Part shown: piece by piece, positions 1 through 9,252 of the stretch
How the letters are laid out: every line of letters begins with the position of its first letter
How positions within the stretch are numbered: position 1 is the first letter of the stretch
NCBI GenBank assembly: GCA_048882045.1
Contig: JBHLRZ010000037.1
Location: 1-27,585, forward strand
Reading direction: 5' to 3'
DNA: 27,585 nt
From: Candidatus Thorarchaeota archaeon
GTDB lineage: Archaea; Asgardarchaeota; Thorarchaeia; Thorarchaeales; Thorarchaeaceae
Notes under the pieces: model-generated
Seen by the model: the letters and a program-made list of their open reading frames with translations, nothing else
The model's database searches: none
What the model was told of the DNA's origin: nothing
Translations under genes and position numbers: made by a program

Positions 1-209
1 GTTCCATTCGTTGGTCTGTCCAAAGCTCCGATGAGGTTCAGGAGGGTTGTCTTTCCCGATCCCGAAGGCCCCATGATTCCAATTGCAGCACCACGATCGA
101 TCTTTAGAGATACACCACGAAGAGCGTGCACTTGTATCTCTCCCATGTCATAGACTCGTGAGACTTCTTGCAGGTCAACAATTACGTCGTTCAGTACTAC
201 CCACTCCAC
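1..209 (-). CDS. ABC transporter ATP-binding protein, LolD/MacB (FtsE-like) family, N-terminal part; runs off the left edge
   Basis: Not in ORF track. Manual minus-strand translation gives ...NDVIVDLQEVSRVYDMGEIQVHALRGVSLKIDRGAAIGIMGPSGSGKTTLLNLIGALDRPTNG, with Walker A GPSGSGKT and the LolD-type 'V.ALRGVSL' and 'G.LD.PT.G' motifs. Start uncertain (GTG 209 or CTG 194). Confidence 0.9.
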   Translation of the reverse strand, partial: MEWVVLNDVIVDLQEVSRVYDMGEIQVHALRGVSLKIDRGAAIGIMGPSGSGKTTLLNLIGALDRPTNG

Positions 210-424
210 ATCTCGCGCTATGGTTCATCTGAGTTTGAAGGTTAATAAATGACTCTTTCTTTGTAAGTAAAGTTGTACTAGTGCAGTAACCCCCATGGCA
301 GGCTTTGATTTTTTGCGCAGTTCTAGTGAATAATATGAGAAGGCGACAATACCACGAATAGGAAGAAGCTTTAAGTCAACTTGTGACTTATTTGGTCATA
401 GAATACATAGAGGAGTATTTGATA

Positions 425-1066
425 TTGTCTGACGAGATAATGGCAAGGAAGTACGAGTTCTTCAGCTGGCAAGGATTTGCCACAGGTGCCATAGTCATGT
501 CGCTATCATTCGTTCTCCAATCACTCCTCAGTTTTCCAGCTATCTGGTCCGAACTAGCAGTTCCCTATGTATTGATGATAGTCTTCTCTTCACTAATTGT
601 TGGAATCACATCTGGAGGAGTACTCGTGTATCTCTATCCCCCGGACCAGGACGTCATCGGTATTGCTGGTCTTGGGAGTGATGATTTCACCCAGCATCTG
701 TCCTTAGTTATGGTGATTCTGGCTCTGGTATGGCCGGTTTTCTCTGGGTTTGTGTTCTTCTACGACTACTTCGGTAATGACCCATGGATTTTCGTTTGGG
801 TCCTCGTTGGTTTTGCTGCACCTAGCTTAGGACTGACTGCAGCAATGTTTGAGAGATCAAGAGCAATCAGTGCAGACCTCCGCCTTTATTTTGCAGTCAA
901 TACCAAGCTCGATATGGCAGATCTCGATTGGTTGCACGCAATCGGTCCCAGAACTGCTACCTATAGAATGGGTATGCTTGAGAGCGCAGCAAGAAATGTT
1001 CAAGGTATAAAGATCATAGGTCACGAGATTGTAAAAGAAAGCAAGAAATTTGCTGTGAATCGGTAA
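425..1066 (+). CDS. Hypothetical membrane protein (about 4 TM) with soluble C-terminal tail
   Basis: ORF 383..1066 has several hydrophobic segments. The likely start is TTG 425 (after GAGGAG) or ATG 440. Confidence 0.7.
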   Translation: MSDEIMARKYEFFSWQGFATGAIVMSLSFVLQSLLSFPAIWSELAVPYVLMIVFSSLIVGITSGGVLVYLYPPDQDVIGIAGLGSDDFTQHLSLVMVILALVWPVFSGFVFFYDYFGNDPWIFVWVLVGFAAPSLGLTAAMFERSRAISADLRLYFAVNTKLDMADLDWLHAIGPRTATYRMGMLESAARNVQGIKIIGHEIVKESKKFAVNR

Positions 1067-1067
1067 A

Positions 1068-1385
1068 TCAATCAGTGTGTTTCTTTCGCATATGAACTGC
1101 AAGTCCATCTTCATTCCAGGCAACCCAGTCGCACTTCAGACAACTGAAAGACTGACTACCAAATCCAAACCGTGGTTGTGCCTTCTCTTCGAGTTCGTAG
1201 ATTGTTCCTCCATATCCACTCCTCTTCTTTGAGGTGACCTTAAACCTCTTCTTGAAACAATCTGTACAGATATTGAGATTCTGGCGTGTATCATTGGCGA
1301 AGTTGTCTTCTAGATTCTTAGCTGGTTGAATTGGGTCCACTTCTTTGCCACAGCTTTCACAGAACTCTGCCGATATTAAAACCAC
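1068..1385 (-). CDS. Small zinc-binding protein: CxxC...CxxC module plus C-terminal C2H2 zinc finger
   Basis: CESC and CTDC pairs, then F-S-CLKC-x12-H-x4-H (CLKCDWVAWNEDGLAVHMRKKH). Confidence 0.75.
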   Translation of the reverse strand: MVLISAEFCESCGKEVDPIQPAKNLEDNFANDTRQNLNICTDCFKKRFKVTSKKRSGYGGTIYELEEKAQPRFGFGSQSFSCLKCDWVAWNEDGLAVHMRKKHTD

Positions 1386-1471
1386 TTTCCTTCTTCTGAC
1401 TCTTGACGCACAAATACAGTCTTTCCCTATGGCGACTGACGACTATATGAATTCTCTGAGTATGTTCTGAT

Positions 1472-2806
1472 TTAACTTTCATCTTTTGTACTCAGAGTAT
1501 TTTCAAAAAGCTGACTAGCAGTCTTAAACACATCTTCAACACCTTCTCCTGTGATACAAGACGTTTCGATGAAAGCGACTGGGTGCAGTTTGTTTTCTAC
1601 TGCAAACCTATTTGCCAGCTCCTCTGCAAGTTGGAAACCTTCATTGTGGGAAACAGGTTGGTCATCAGAGTCATCACCAGTTTCCTCTCTGAGGTCAATC
1701 TTGTTGGCAACAATGACGATGGGCGGCATTTCTTCAGATGACAATGTTGCTTCTCTGAGCCAGAAGTCAATACTTTCGAAACTCCATCGATCTGAAGCCG
1801 CATATACGATAATGATGACATGAGAATCCATGTAGAATTGCTTTCTTTGAACTTTGGCCTTGACAGCGAGATCAAACGACCAGACTCGCATATCTATTCT
1901 GTGATTGTCTCCCTCGAAGATCTTTCCAAATATATATGAAGAAACTTCTCCATCCTCGTGTTCGATGGGTACGACCTCAGCTTTAGCTTTCAACGTTTCT
2001 TTCCCTACTCCATCTTCACCAAGAAGCAGACACTTGCACTCCACAATGGGTTTGATCTGATGTGTTGGGGTAACCTGTGGTTTTGGTTCATGCTCTTCTA
2101 CAACTTCTTCTTCTTTTTCAATGGTTTCAGCAACAAGCTCGATAACTTCTTCAGCTTCAACAGCCTCTTCGGTTTCTTCAGACTCTTCAACTACCTCTGC
2201 TACGACCTTTGCATCTGCTACACGTGCATATGATTTGTTGGAAGCCACAATCTCTTCCTGACCACTGAGTTTGATACTGATTTTTGGTGGTGGAGGAGTT
2301 GATTCTTCAGTAGGTTCTTCCTCTCCAGTCATAAATGAGTCACTCAGAGATTCCACTACCTGAAGTGCATCTGCAATATCATCAAAGTCATCAGAGGTTA
2401 TTGAACCCTTTCCATCACCGCTTACTCCGTGACTCTCTATGAATTTAGCAGCAGGTTCCTCTTTGGTGGGCAAGATACTCTTCCGTTTCTTCTCTGGTTT
2501 CGTTTCAATTGAGGGTGGGGGAATGTCCTCTTCCAATTCAGGTTCTGGTATAGGTTCGTGGTGTTCCATTAGTTCTTGTTGTAAGACATGTCGAGCCTTC
2601 GGTAGTCCTATCTTGTCTAGTATATCTTCAAGAACTCCAGGAGCAAGTCGCTTTCCAAGATATCTCAAGTATTTTTGAAGCTCCAAGGCAACATCATCGA
2701 AGGACCGCCCTTTTAGAGGGATCTTCTTCTTGACTACTCCTTTGTCACGTACTTCCACAAAAGTTGTAAGTAGTGTCAGTGAGATTGTTGTTCCTGGAAT
2801 AATCAT
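1472..2806 (-). CDS. Rab/Ras-like small-GTPase-domain protein with N-terminal domain and long acidic/Pro-rich linker; G1 and G3 motifs degenerate
   Basis: C-terminal ~190 aa contain KCLLLGEDGVGKET (G1), MRVWSFD (G3 position), IIIVYAASDRWSFESIDFWL, PIVIVANKIDL (G4) and FIETSCITGEGVEDVF (G5). Confidence 0.85.
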   Translation of the reverse strand: MIIPGTTISLTLLTTFVEVRDKGVVKKKIPLKGRSFDDVALELQKYLRYLGKRLAPGVLEDILDKIGLPKARHVLQQELMEHHEPIPEPELEEDIPPPSIETKPEKKRKSILPTKEEPAAKFIESHGVSGDGKGSITSDDFDDIADALQVVESLSDSFMTGEEEPTEESTPPPPKISIKLSGQEEIVASNKSYARVADAKVVAEVVEESEETEEAVEAEEVIELVAETIEKEEEVVEEHEPKPQVTPTHQIKPIVECKCLLLGEDGVGKETLKAKAEVVPIEHEDGEVSSYIFGKIFEGDNHRIDMRVWSFDLAVKAKVQRKQFYMDSHVIIIVYAASDRWSFESIDFWLREATLSSEEMPPIVIVANKIDLREETGDDSDDQPVSHNEGFQLAEELANRFAVENKLHPVAFIETSCITGEGVEDVFKTASQLFENTLSTKDES

Positions 2807-2961
2807 TTGCCCGGGTCCACCTATTCTAGTACTAACCCACTTTGGTCCCAGTATTTTAACTGTTTAGTGTGTGAGTACTTGTTGCAAGAGTATGTATAAC
2901 TAAATGTTCGTACAGAAAGAATAAAAGCTTACTACGATAGCCACACTCAGGGTTGGAATCA

Positions 2962-3516
2962 ATGGCTGACATAGATTTCACTGAATACGTTGATGTAATT
3001 AAGGACTGGCCAGAACCTGGAAAGGCTGTTTGTGATATTAGTAGACTTCTAGAACATCCTCATATCTTTCATGAAGCTGTGGTGAAACTTGCAAAGCCAC
3101 TCGTTGAACTTCGTCCGAACAAAGTGATTGGGATTGAACAGAGGGGATTGGCACTTGGAGGTGCTATAGCATACTATCTTGGTTGTGGAATAGTCCCCGC
3201 TCGATCAATAGCATACCTCCCAGACGACTATGAACGTCCCATAGAATTTCTCCCATCCACGCGATATGCCGATAAACGGTTGGCTATAGTGTCTGATTCC
3301 ATTGATCCAGGAGACAGAGTTGCAATCGTTGATGATTGGCTCATTCAAGGGACTTCTGTTCTTGCAACAATCAAGATTTTGGAGAAGCTAAAGGCGCACG
3401 TTGTCGGAATTGCCTGTGTCATCAACAACATGAGTGAAACACGACGAAAACTACTGGGTCGACCAGAAGTCCATTCACTGATTGAGAACCATCAAATCGA
3501 TATTCTAAATCTGTAA
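2962..3516 (+). CDS. apt: Adenine phosphoribosyltransferase-like (type I PRTase)
   Basis: DWPEPG-x4-DISRLL N-terminus, GIEQRG, and PRPP-binding motif RVAIVDDWLIQGTS. ORF track starts at 2953; ATG near 2962 is more likely. Confidence 0.7.
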   Translation: MADIDFTEYVDVIKDWPEPGKAVCDISRLLEHPHIFHEAVVKLAKPLVELRPNKVIGIEQRGLALGGAIAYYLGCGIVPARSIAYLPDDYERPIEFLPSTRYADKRLAIVSDSIDPGDRVAIVDDWLIQGTSVLATIKILEKLKAHVVGIACVINNMSETRRKLLGRPEVHSLIENHQIDILNL

Positions 3517-3518
3517 TC

Positions 3519-4715
3519 TCATGGTTTCAGAGCCTCTCTTAAACAGACGTACAGTGTCCTAAGAGCTAGCTGTGAAACTTCTATTTCCCCCTCGTTTGAC
3601 TCAGACATTGCTTCTGACACCATGTCCTGAATCTTTTGATCCTTACTCCCTATTTTGAACAACACATCTGCAAATGGGCTAGTGAAGACTTTCTGAGCAA
3701 TCAGCTGGTTTCTGAACTCATTTCCGAAGTCAGACTTCCATAGACGTTGATATCTCATCAAAGACACTGCATCTATTGTGTCATTCTCCAGAGAATCAGC
3801 TATTATGTGGGCTGCGTATCTTGCAGCTTTCATTGCATATACAATCCCTCCGCCAGTCAGTGGACTTACATGACCCGCAGCGTCCCCAAGCAAAACACAT
3901 CTGTCAAGAACTGTGTTTTGAATTGCTCCGCCAGTTGGGACTAAAGCTCCTTTCGCATTTGACAAGTCGGAATCCTCCTTGAGAAGGTTTCTCTTTTTGA
4001 GGTATTTTACAAATGCTTCAAAGATTCTTGGTAAACCAGCTGAGTGAGGTCCGACGAAACCTAACCCAACATTGATGGTTTCTTCTTTTGGAAAGATCCA
4101 CCCGTATCCTGGTTTTCCACCCAGATTAGCAAAGAAGTGATACTTCAAGTCCTCAGTGTACCGATCAATGATATCCTTGTTTTTTGTTGGGACTTCGCAT
4201 ACCCTGCATGCAGTTAAACTCGAACTTGGCCATCTTTTATTGAGGTTGGTTTCACGAGCAACCATGCTTGTAACTCCGTCTGCTCCAATCACAACTTTCC
4301 CCTGAACTGAGTTGCTCCCTGTATGCTCTACTATAACACAATCTTCCTTGATTCGTACATGTTTTACCCGTGTATTAACAAGTGGCTCTGCTCCTGCTGA
4401 AACTGCGTCTTCGTACAATACATTATCAAAATCTGTCCTTAGTGTCACAGCCATGTCAACTCTTCCTTGAAGTGTGATTTGTCGATTTGGTGAATGAATC
4501 ATCCCTACTCGAGCAATCCCTTTCAAGAACTCATGAACTCGCGGTCTTAGATATGTAAACTCATCAATAATTGTCTTTGAGAATCCTCCCCCACATGGTT
4601 TGTCACGTGGGAATGTGTCTTTGTCAATCATTAGAACCTCCAGTCCTAGAGTAGCGAGGTACCGAGATGCTGTAGCTCCTCCTGGTCCCGCCCCAATCAC
4701 AATGACATCATACAT
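3519..4715 (-). CDS. Geranylgeranyl reductase family FAD-dependent oxidoreductase
   Basis: YDVIVIGAGPGG FAD motif, FPRDKPCGGG, GADG, GYGWIFPK, LLGDAAGHVSPLTGGGI. Confidence 0.92.
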   Translation of the reverse strand: MYDVIVIGAGPGGATASRYLATLGLEVLMIDKDTFPRDKPCGGGFSKTIIDEFTYLRPRVHEFLKGIARVGMIHSPNRQITLQGRVDMAVTLRTDFDNVLYEDAVSAGAEPLVNTRVKHVRIKEDCVIVEHTGSNSVQGKVVIGADGVTSMVARETNLNKRWPSSSLTACRVCEVPTKNKDIIDRYTEDLKYHFFANLGGKPGYGWIFPKEETINVGLGFVGPHSAGLPRIFEAFVKYLKKRNLLKEDSDLSNAKGALVPTGGAIQNTVLDRCVLLGDAAGHVSPLTGGGIVYAMKAARYAAHIIADSLENDTIDAVSLMRYQRLWKSDFGNEFRNQLIAQKVFTSPFADVLFKIGSKDQKIQDMVSEAMSESNEGEIEVSQLALRTLYVCLREALKP

Positions 4716-4760
4716 TCTTGAAAATCACATTTCGAAACTCATGTATCATCATCTTAAAGG

Positions 4761-6398
4761 TTGAGCCCATCAACCTTATCTGTCCGCAGTTTGAACGAAC
4801 AGGGAGCAGAAATGAGTCAGCTTCTTGAGGCACGCAGAAAATTTCGACGACGTATAAACTCGGTACCAAAAAATGACCTCTTTCTCCATCGCTTTATCAC
4901 AGCTGTATTGACAATCAATATGATCTTGATTCTGTATGCACTCATATCTGTGACAGTTGGGATGACTATTGGTGGTGTTGCGTTTATTGACTCTATGCCA
5001 ATCGCATTCTACATTCTCCCATTGATGTTTATTCTACCCCTTATGATTAGAGCATACTACACGAGTCGTTCTGCAGCATTCAACTTCGTGTTCTTGATGA
5101 TTTGCACAGTCTTCTTTGGAACTCTTTCACTCCTCGTTCGTGGCTTCATCATCTGTTTGATCTTCAATCTCGCAGCTGCAGTTTCAATTTTCATTGTAGG
5201 AGGTTTTCGACCTCGGAGAAAACTTAGAGATTCCGGGAAGAAGGTGATTGCATATTTCATTGTTGTGAACCTACTTGGACTTGCCTTTCCCATTTCTACA
5301 ATTCTTATGGGACAAATCCCAATTGCTACTACAAACGTCACCGATGTGCCTGAACTCAGGATAAGCGTGCCTTTGGCTGATTTTGATTATCCCTTCCAAA
5401 ATGTTACACCAACACCACAGTTGTTGTCTGATATCCTCAACAATGACTTCCTCTTGGATCTTCATGTGCTCGAAAGTGATCCTTCCTCCTGGGCAAGACT
5501 ACGAACTTGGTTAATCGCACTCAACGATACAGCAGTTGGGTATTCCATCACACTGACAGCTGATAGAGCTCTACTCGCAGAAGAAAATCCACAGACACTA
5601 GCAACAACTGAAATGATAGAAGCAATCTACGAGAGCCACCAAGCATCTCTAAACCAGATAATGAATGTTGAGATCATTGACATCATCAATGGACCTCATC
5701 TCATATTGTTTGATATGACTCTCTCTAGAGAGGAATGGCAAGCATTGATGCTTAGGACTAGAAATCTGAATCTTGTTGGATTTGGCGGCTTGATGCGAAG
5801 CTCAATCTATTCTGTTGATGCGCCTCGCATTCAGAACGCATCATCAAATCTTAGGTATGCAGCTTCTGCTACAGGTATCACAACTGGTCTGCTAGTCGAA
5901 TCCTTTGTTGTTGATGATTTACTTGATAACGATTCCAATGCAATGAAGCTCTGTGGAGTCACAACTACCTCACTCCAATCATGGAATTTCTTTTCTGTAT
6001 CATGTAGTCGATCCCGCTTCTCGTTTGAGATGAGTGGTGATGTAGGAGAGTATTTAGTCCACTCCTACTCAAGCTCAGTCGCAAGACTTGGTCCACAATG
6101 GAGCTTGAGCATTGGAGAAGTTGGAAACTCTACCGATGTATTGGATAGGAAAGATAGTGTATACAATGACCTAACAATCATCGCAAATGATATTGCGTTA
6201 GCGGTTGGAAATGGAGTCCAACGCATCACAATAGATTCACTCCCCTCTCTTATCAGTGCATTTGGAGTGGGTTCATTGTCAACTCTGAGATCGGTTGTAG
6301 ATGGGACTGACCATGGAGTTGCAACGTACACCTTCAGAATCTATGCTTTCCGGGCGGTGTTTCTCGCAATTGATGCATTTGACCTGATTATGCTCTAG
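4761..6398 (+). CDS. Hypothetical membrane protein: N-terminal TM bundle plus large, probably extracytoplasmic alpha/beta domain
   Basis: 545-aa ORF with about 5 hydrophobic helices in the first ~185 aa and several N-x-S/T sequons afterwards. The true start may be ATG 4812. Confidence 0.7.
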   Translation: MSPSTLSVRSLNEQGAEMSQLLEARRKFRRRINSVPKNDLFLHRFITAVLTINMILILYALISVTVGMTIGGVAFIDSMPIAFYILPLMFILPLMIRAYYTSRSAAFNFVFLMICTVFFGTLSLLVRGFIICLIFNLAAAVSIFIVGGFRPRRKLRDSGKKVIAYFIVVNLLGLAFPISTILMGQIPIATTNVTDVPELRISVPLADFDYPFQNVTPTPQLLSDILNNDFLLDLHVLESDPSSWARLRTWLIALNDTAVGYSITLTADRALLAEENPQTLATTEMIEAIYESHQASLNQIMNVEIIDIINGPHLILFDMTLSREEWQALMLRTRNLNLVGFGGLMRSSIYSVDAPRIQNASSNLRYAASATGITTGLLVESFVVDDLLDNDSNAMKLCGVTTTSLQSWNFFSVSCSRSRFSFEMSGDVGEYLVHSYSSSVARLGPQWSLSIGEVGNSTDVLDRKDSVYNDLTIIANDIALAVGNGVQRITIDSLPSLISAFGVGSLSTLRSVVDGTDHGVATYTFRIYAFRAVFLAIDAFDLIML

Positions 6399-7308
6399 GT
6401 GATTTCACGTATACCTCAAACACTCCCATCCAGATCTCACTGCTTGGTTCCGCTTTGATTAAAAGATCTCCTCCAAAGTTGACACCAACTGGACCGGATT
6501 TACTCTTCTTCCAGACATCTGCAAAGATTAAGGAATGAAGTTTGTTCTGAAAATCTTCAGTCACTCTTCGAATCATTCTGTCAATATATCCTTCATCAAT
6601 CCCTTGAGGTGTCAGGTCAGTAGTGGATCTGAAGAGCCGCTCTTCACTAATTGCCCCTTCAGTCTTGTCAAACATATACCCAATGCCTCCAACAAGGAAG
6701 AATTCTCCTTGTGGGACATTGAGTTCATCATCGATAGTGACAATCGAACCATCTTCGAGAAGGATGTAGTTAGGATCTGCAACATTAAATGGTATTGATG
6801 CCGCTTCCACAGAAACCTCATCGAGTTTGAGTTCTTTCCGCAAGAACTCAGACAAACTCTTCACACGAATATCAAACCTGAATGGATCCAATTCTCCAAG
6901 ATGGAGGATATTGCGAGCTTTCCTTAGGATGATGTCAATGATTCGTTGCGTCGCCTTAAGAAATTCTACCCGTTCATCCTTTCCAGAAAGGACTTTTCCT
7001 GCCGAGAAGACTACTCGTAGGAAATCAATAGTCTTGAACTTGGACAGGATTGTTCTACTGAGATATGTGGATTCTTCAGTTTCTAGGAAACCTTCCTGTT
7101 TCCCAACCTCAGTTGGTATAGCATTTCCAAGATGAAGCTGTACAATACGAGTTTTATTCTTAGCTTTGAAGAATACTCCGATGTCGTATCCATGTCTTGG
7201 AACATCAGCGAGCTGCCTGACAAAGGTTCCATCGGGTACAATCTCCTTTGCTCTAGCGCTGGCGTACATCTGCGTGTACTTTGCAAAGAGGTCTGATCTT
7301 GACATCAT
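6388..7308 (-). CDS. Hypothetical soluble protein
   Basis: 306-aa ORF with GGGAG upstream. It converges on and overlaps the preceding gene by 11 nt. No motif recognised. Confidence 0.7.
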   Translation of the reverse strand: MMSRSDLFAKYTQMYASARAKEIVPDGTFVRQLADVPRHGYDIGVFFKAKNKTRIVQLHLGNAIPTEVGKQEGFLETEESTYLSRTILSKFKTIDFLRVVFSAGKVLSGKDERVEFLKATQRIIDIILRKARNILHLGELDPFRFDIRVKSLSEFLRKELKLDEVSVEAASIPFNVADPNYILLEDGSIVTIDDELNVPQGEFFLVGGIGYMFDKTEGAISEERLFRSTTDLTPQGIDEGYIDRMIRRVTEDFQNKLHSLIFADVWKKSKSGPVGVNFGGDLLIKAEPSSEIWMGVFEVYVKSPRA

Positions 7309-7478
7309 CCTGTCTCCCGCTTTCTACTACTAACTTCACCGACCTCTATTATCTGTTCGGGTGATTTCCTCCGAGTATGAAATCACATTTGTATTTCAGT
7401 CCTCTGACTACATCAATGTACTGCCACAATCTATAAAGCATACGAACATCCGACGCCTACAAGTTAGAATAATAGGTA

Positions 7479-7772
7479 ATGAAGATGGAACGTAAGAAAA
7501 CTGGTCCCGGGCTAGTCGTAATCGGAATAATCCTATTCCTCCTCTCTTTGTTTGTACTTCTCCCCTCGCCTGGTTTCTATCTTGCGTCTCTCTTTATGAT
7601 GTTTGTTTCTGTTGTCCTGATTGGTATAGGGGCTGCATTTGCGAAAGGTGTGGATAGCAATTTGGATATTCCACGTGAACAGTGCTATTACTGTGAAGGT
7701 ACTGGAACAAAGGATGAAGAAGTGTGTCCTCGTTGTGGTGGTTCCGGTCTAGCTCGACCTGATGAAGAGTGA
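7479..7772 (+). CDS. Small 2-TM membrane protein with DnaJ-type CxxCxGxG zinc finger
   Basis: Two hydrophobic helices followed by CYYCEGTG...CPRCGGSG. Confidence 0.75.
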   Translation: MKMERKKTGPGLVVIGIILFLLSLFVLLPSPGFYLASLFMMFVSVVLIGIGAAFAKGVDSNLDIPREQCYYCEGTGTKDEEVCPRCGGSGLARPDEE

Positions 7773-7795
7773 AACACTGCAGTGTGTGGTTTATA

Positions 7796-8491
7796 ATGCA
7801 GCCCGTTGTTATTGCACATCGTGGTGCATCCGCCAAAGCTCCTGAAAACACGCTCATGGCTTTTAGGACTGCTTGGCAACTTGGAGCTCATATGATTGAA
7901 TTGGATGTACATGAGTCTTCAGATGGTCACCTAGTTTGTATACATGATTCTTCTATTGACAGAACAACTAAAGGAACGGGGGAAGTCAGCGATCTTACCC
8001 TCAGGGAAATACAAGAAGTCGATGCTGGTATGGGAGAAAAGATACCTCTGTTAAGTGAGGTTCTTGAATTTGCGCGTGGTCGAATTCAAGTCAACATTGA
8101 ACTAAAGATTCCCAATATTGAAGCGAAGGTCGCATCACTCATACAAGAGATGAATCTCGTTAACGATGTTATGGTATCCTCCTTCATTCATCTCTCACTT
8201 GTAGAAATCAAAGAGATAGACCAAGACATCAAAACAGCAGTGTTGTTTCACACAGAAATTAAAGACCTAGCGACTTATGCAATTGAGCTTGGTGCTCAAG
8301 CAGTCAATCCATTGCAAGACCTAGTTACAGAAGCCATGGTTTCGAGAGTACATGAATTTGGTCTTCAAATCTATCCTTGGACAATAAATGACGAGAGAGA
8401 TATGATTCGACTGCTCAATCTAGGAGTTGATGGTTTCATCACTGATTATCCCGAAAGAGGTGTTCACATATTACGCTCAAGAATTATCTAG
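7796..8491 (+). CDS. Glycerophosphodiester phosphodiesterase (GDPD, UgpQ/GlpQ family)
   Basis: IAHRGAS..APENT..AF, IELDV, CIHD, NIELK, VMVSSF, YPWTIN, GVDGFITDYP. ATG 7796 preferred over 7769. Confidence 0.95.
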   Translation: MQPVVIAHRGASAKAPENTLMAFRTAWQLGAHMIELDVHESSDGHLVCIHDSSIDRTTKGTGEVSDLTLREIQEVDAGMGEKIPLLSEVLEFARGRIQVNIELKIPNIEAKVASLIQEMNLVNDVMVSSFIHLSLVEIKEIDQDIKTAVLFHTEIKDLATYAIELGAQAVNPLQDLVTEAMVSRVHEFGLQIYPWTINDERDMIRLLNLGVDGFITDYPERGVHILRSRII

Positions 8492-9245
8492 TGATTCGTT
8501 TGATGAATTCTTCTATGATAGGGAAAGCAATCCTTCTTGTTGGATGGCAGGTGATTACATGCTCTCCACCTTCAATCATATGAATCTCTTTGTCTTCAGA
8601 AGATAGATGATCAAACGCGAATTGTCCGTTATTTGGATCGATTGTCTTGTCCTCTGTTCCTTGTACAATCAGTGTGGGAATAGTTATTTTTGGTAAACTC
8701 TTTCTAGCTTGTTTCTGAAACTTGAACAGTTCATGATATGCTGATAGTGGTTCTCTTCTGCATTTTGTTCTCTTCACATCATAGATCTGTTGTGTACGTT
8801 CGACATCAATCTCTCTGTCCTTCATGAGATATTTCAGAACTGGTACTAGCCTTGGAAGTATCCCACCGATTCGAAGAGCAGGTGCGATTAGAATGAGTCC
8901 ATCGATTCCAGTTTCTTGAGATGTGAGTAAAGCTGATGCAGCGCCTCCCATTGAGATTCCCGCTACAAGAGTGTGTTTCAACCCCCAACTCCTAACCAAG
9001 TCAAAACCTTGTTTCACAGATGAATACCAGTCATTCCAGGAAGTCTTTTTGATGTTCACTGATGATCCTGCATGTCCTACTATCTCAACTGCAAAGGACG
9101 CGATATTTCTTTCTGCTAGATACTCGCTCAGAGTCGCAACTTCATCTGGTGCCGCGCAAAAACCATGGACTAGGAGAACAGCGACAGAGGCTCCTTCTGG
9201 ATGGGTGATGACCCCCCTTACATCAGGAGCCAATGTTCTCACCAT
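8484..9245 (-). CDS. Alpha/beta-hydrolase, carboxylesterase / monoacylglycerol lipase-like
   Basis: LLVHGF oxyanion motif, nucleophile GISMGG, acid residue in QGTEDKTI, His in GGEHVI. Confidence 0.9.
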   Translation of the reverse strand: MVRTLAPDVRGVITHPEGASVAVLLVHGFCAAPDEVATLSEYLAERNIASFAVEIVGHAGSSVNIKKTSWNDWYSSVKQGFDLVRSWGLKHTLVAGISMGGAASALLTSQETGIDGLILIAPALRIGGILPRLVPVLKYLMKDREIDVERTQQIYDVKRTKCRREPLSAYHELFKFQKQARKSLPKITIPTLIVQGTEDKTIDPNNGQFAFDHLSSEDKEIHMIEGGEHVITCHPTRRIAFPIIEEFIKRITR

Positions 9246-9252
9246 TTATGGA

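Noticed and set aside
2095-2200. TTC/CTT-rich low-complexity tract as a DNA repeat or array
   Set aside because: Explained by Glu-rich codons in the linker of the GTPase-like gene.
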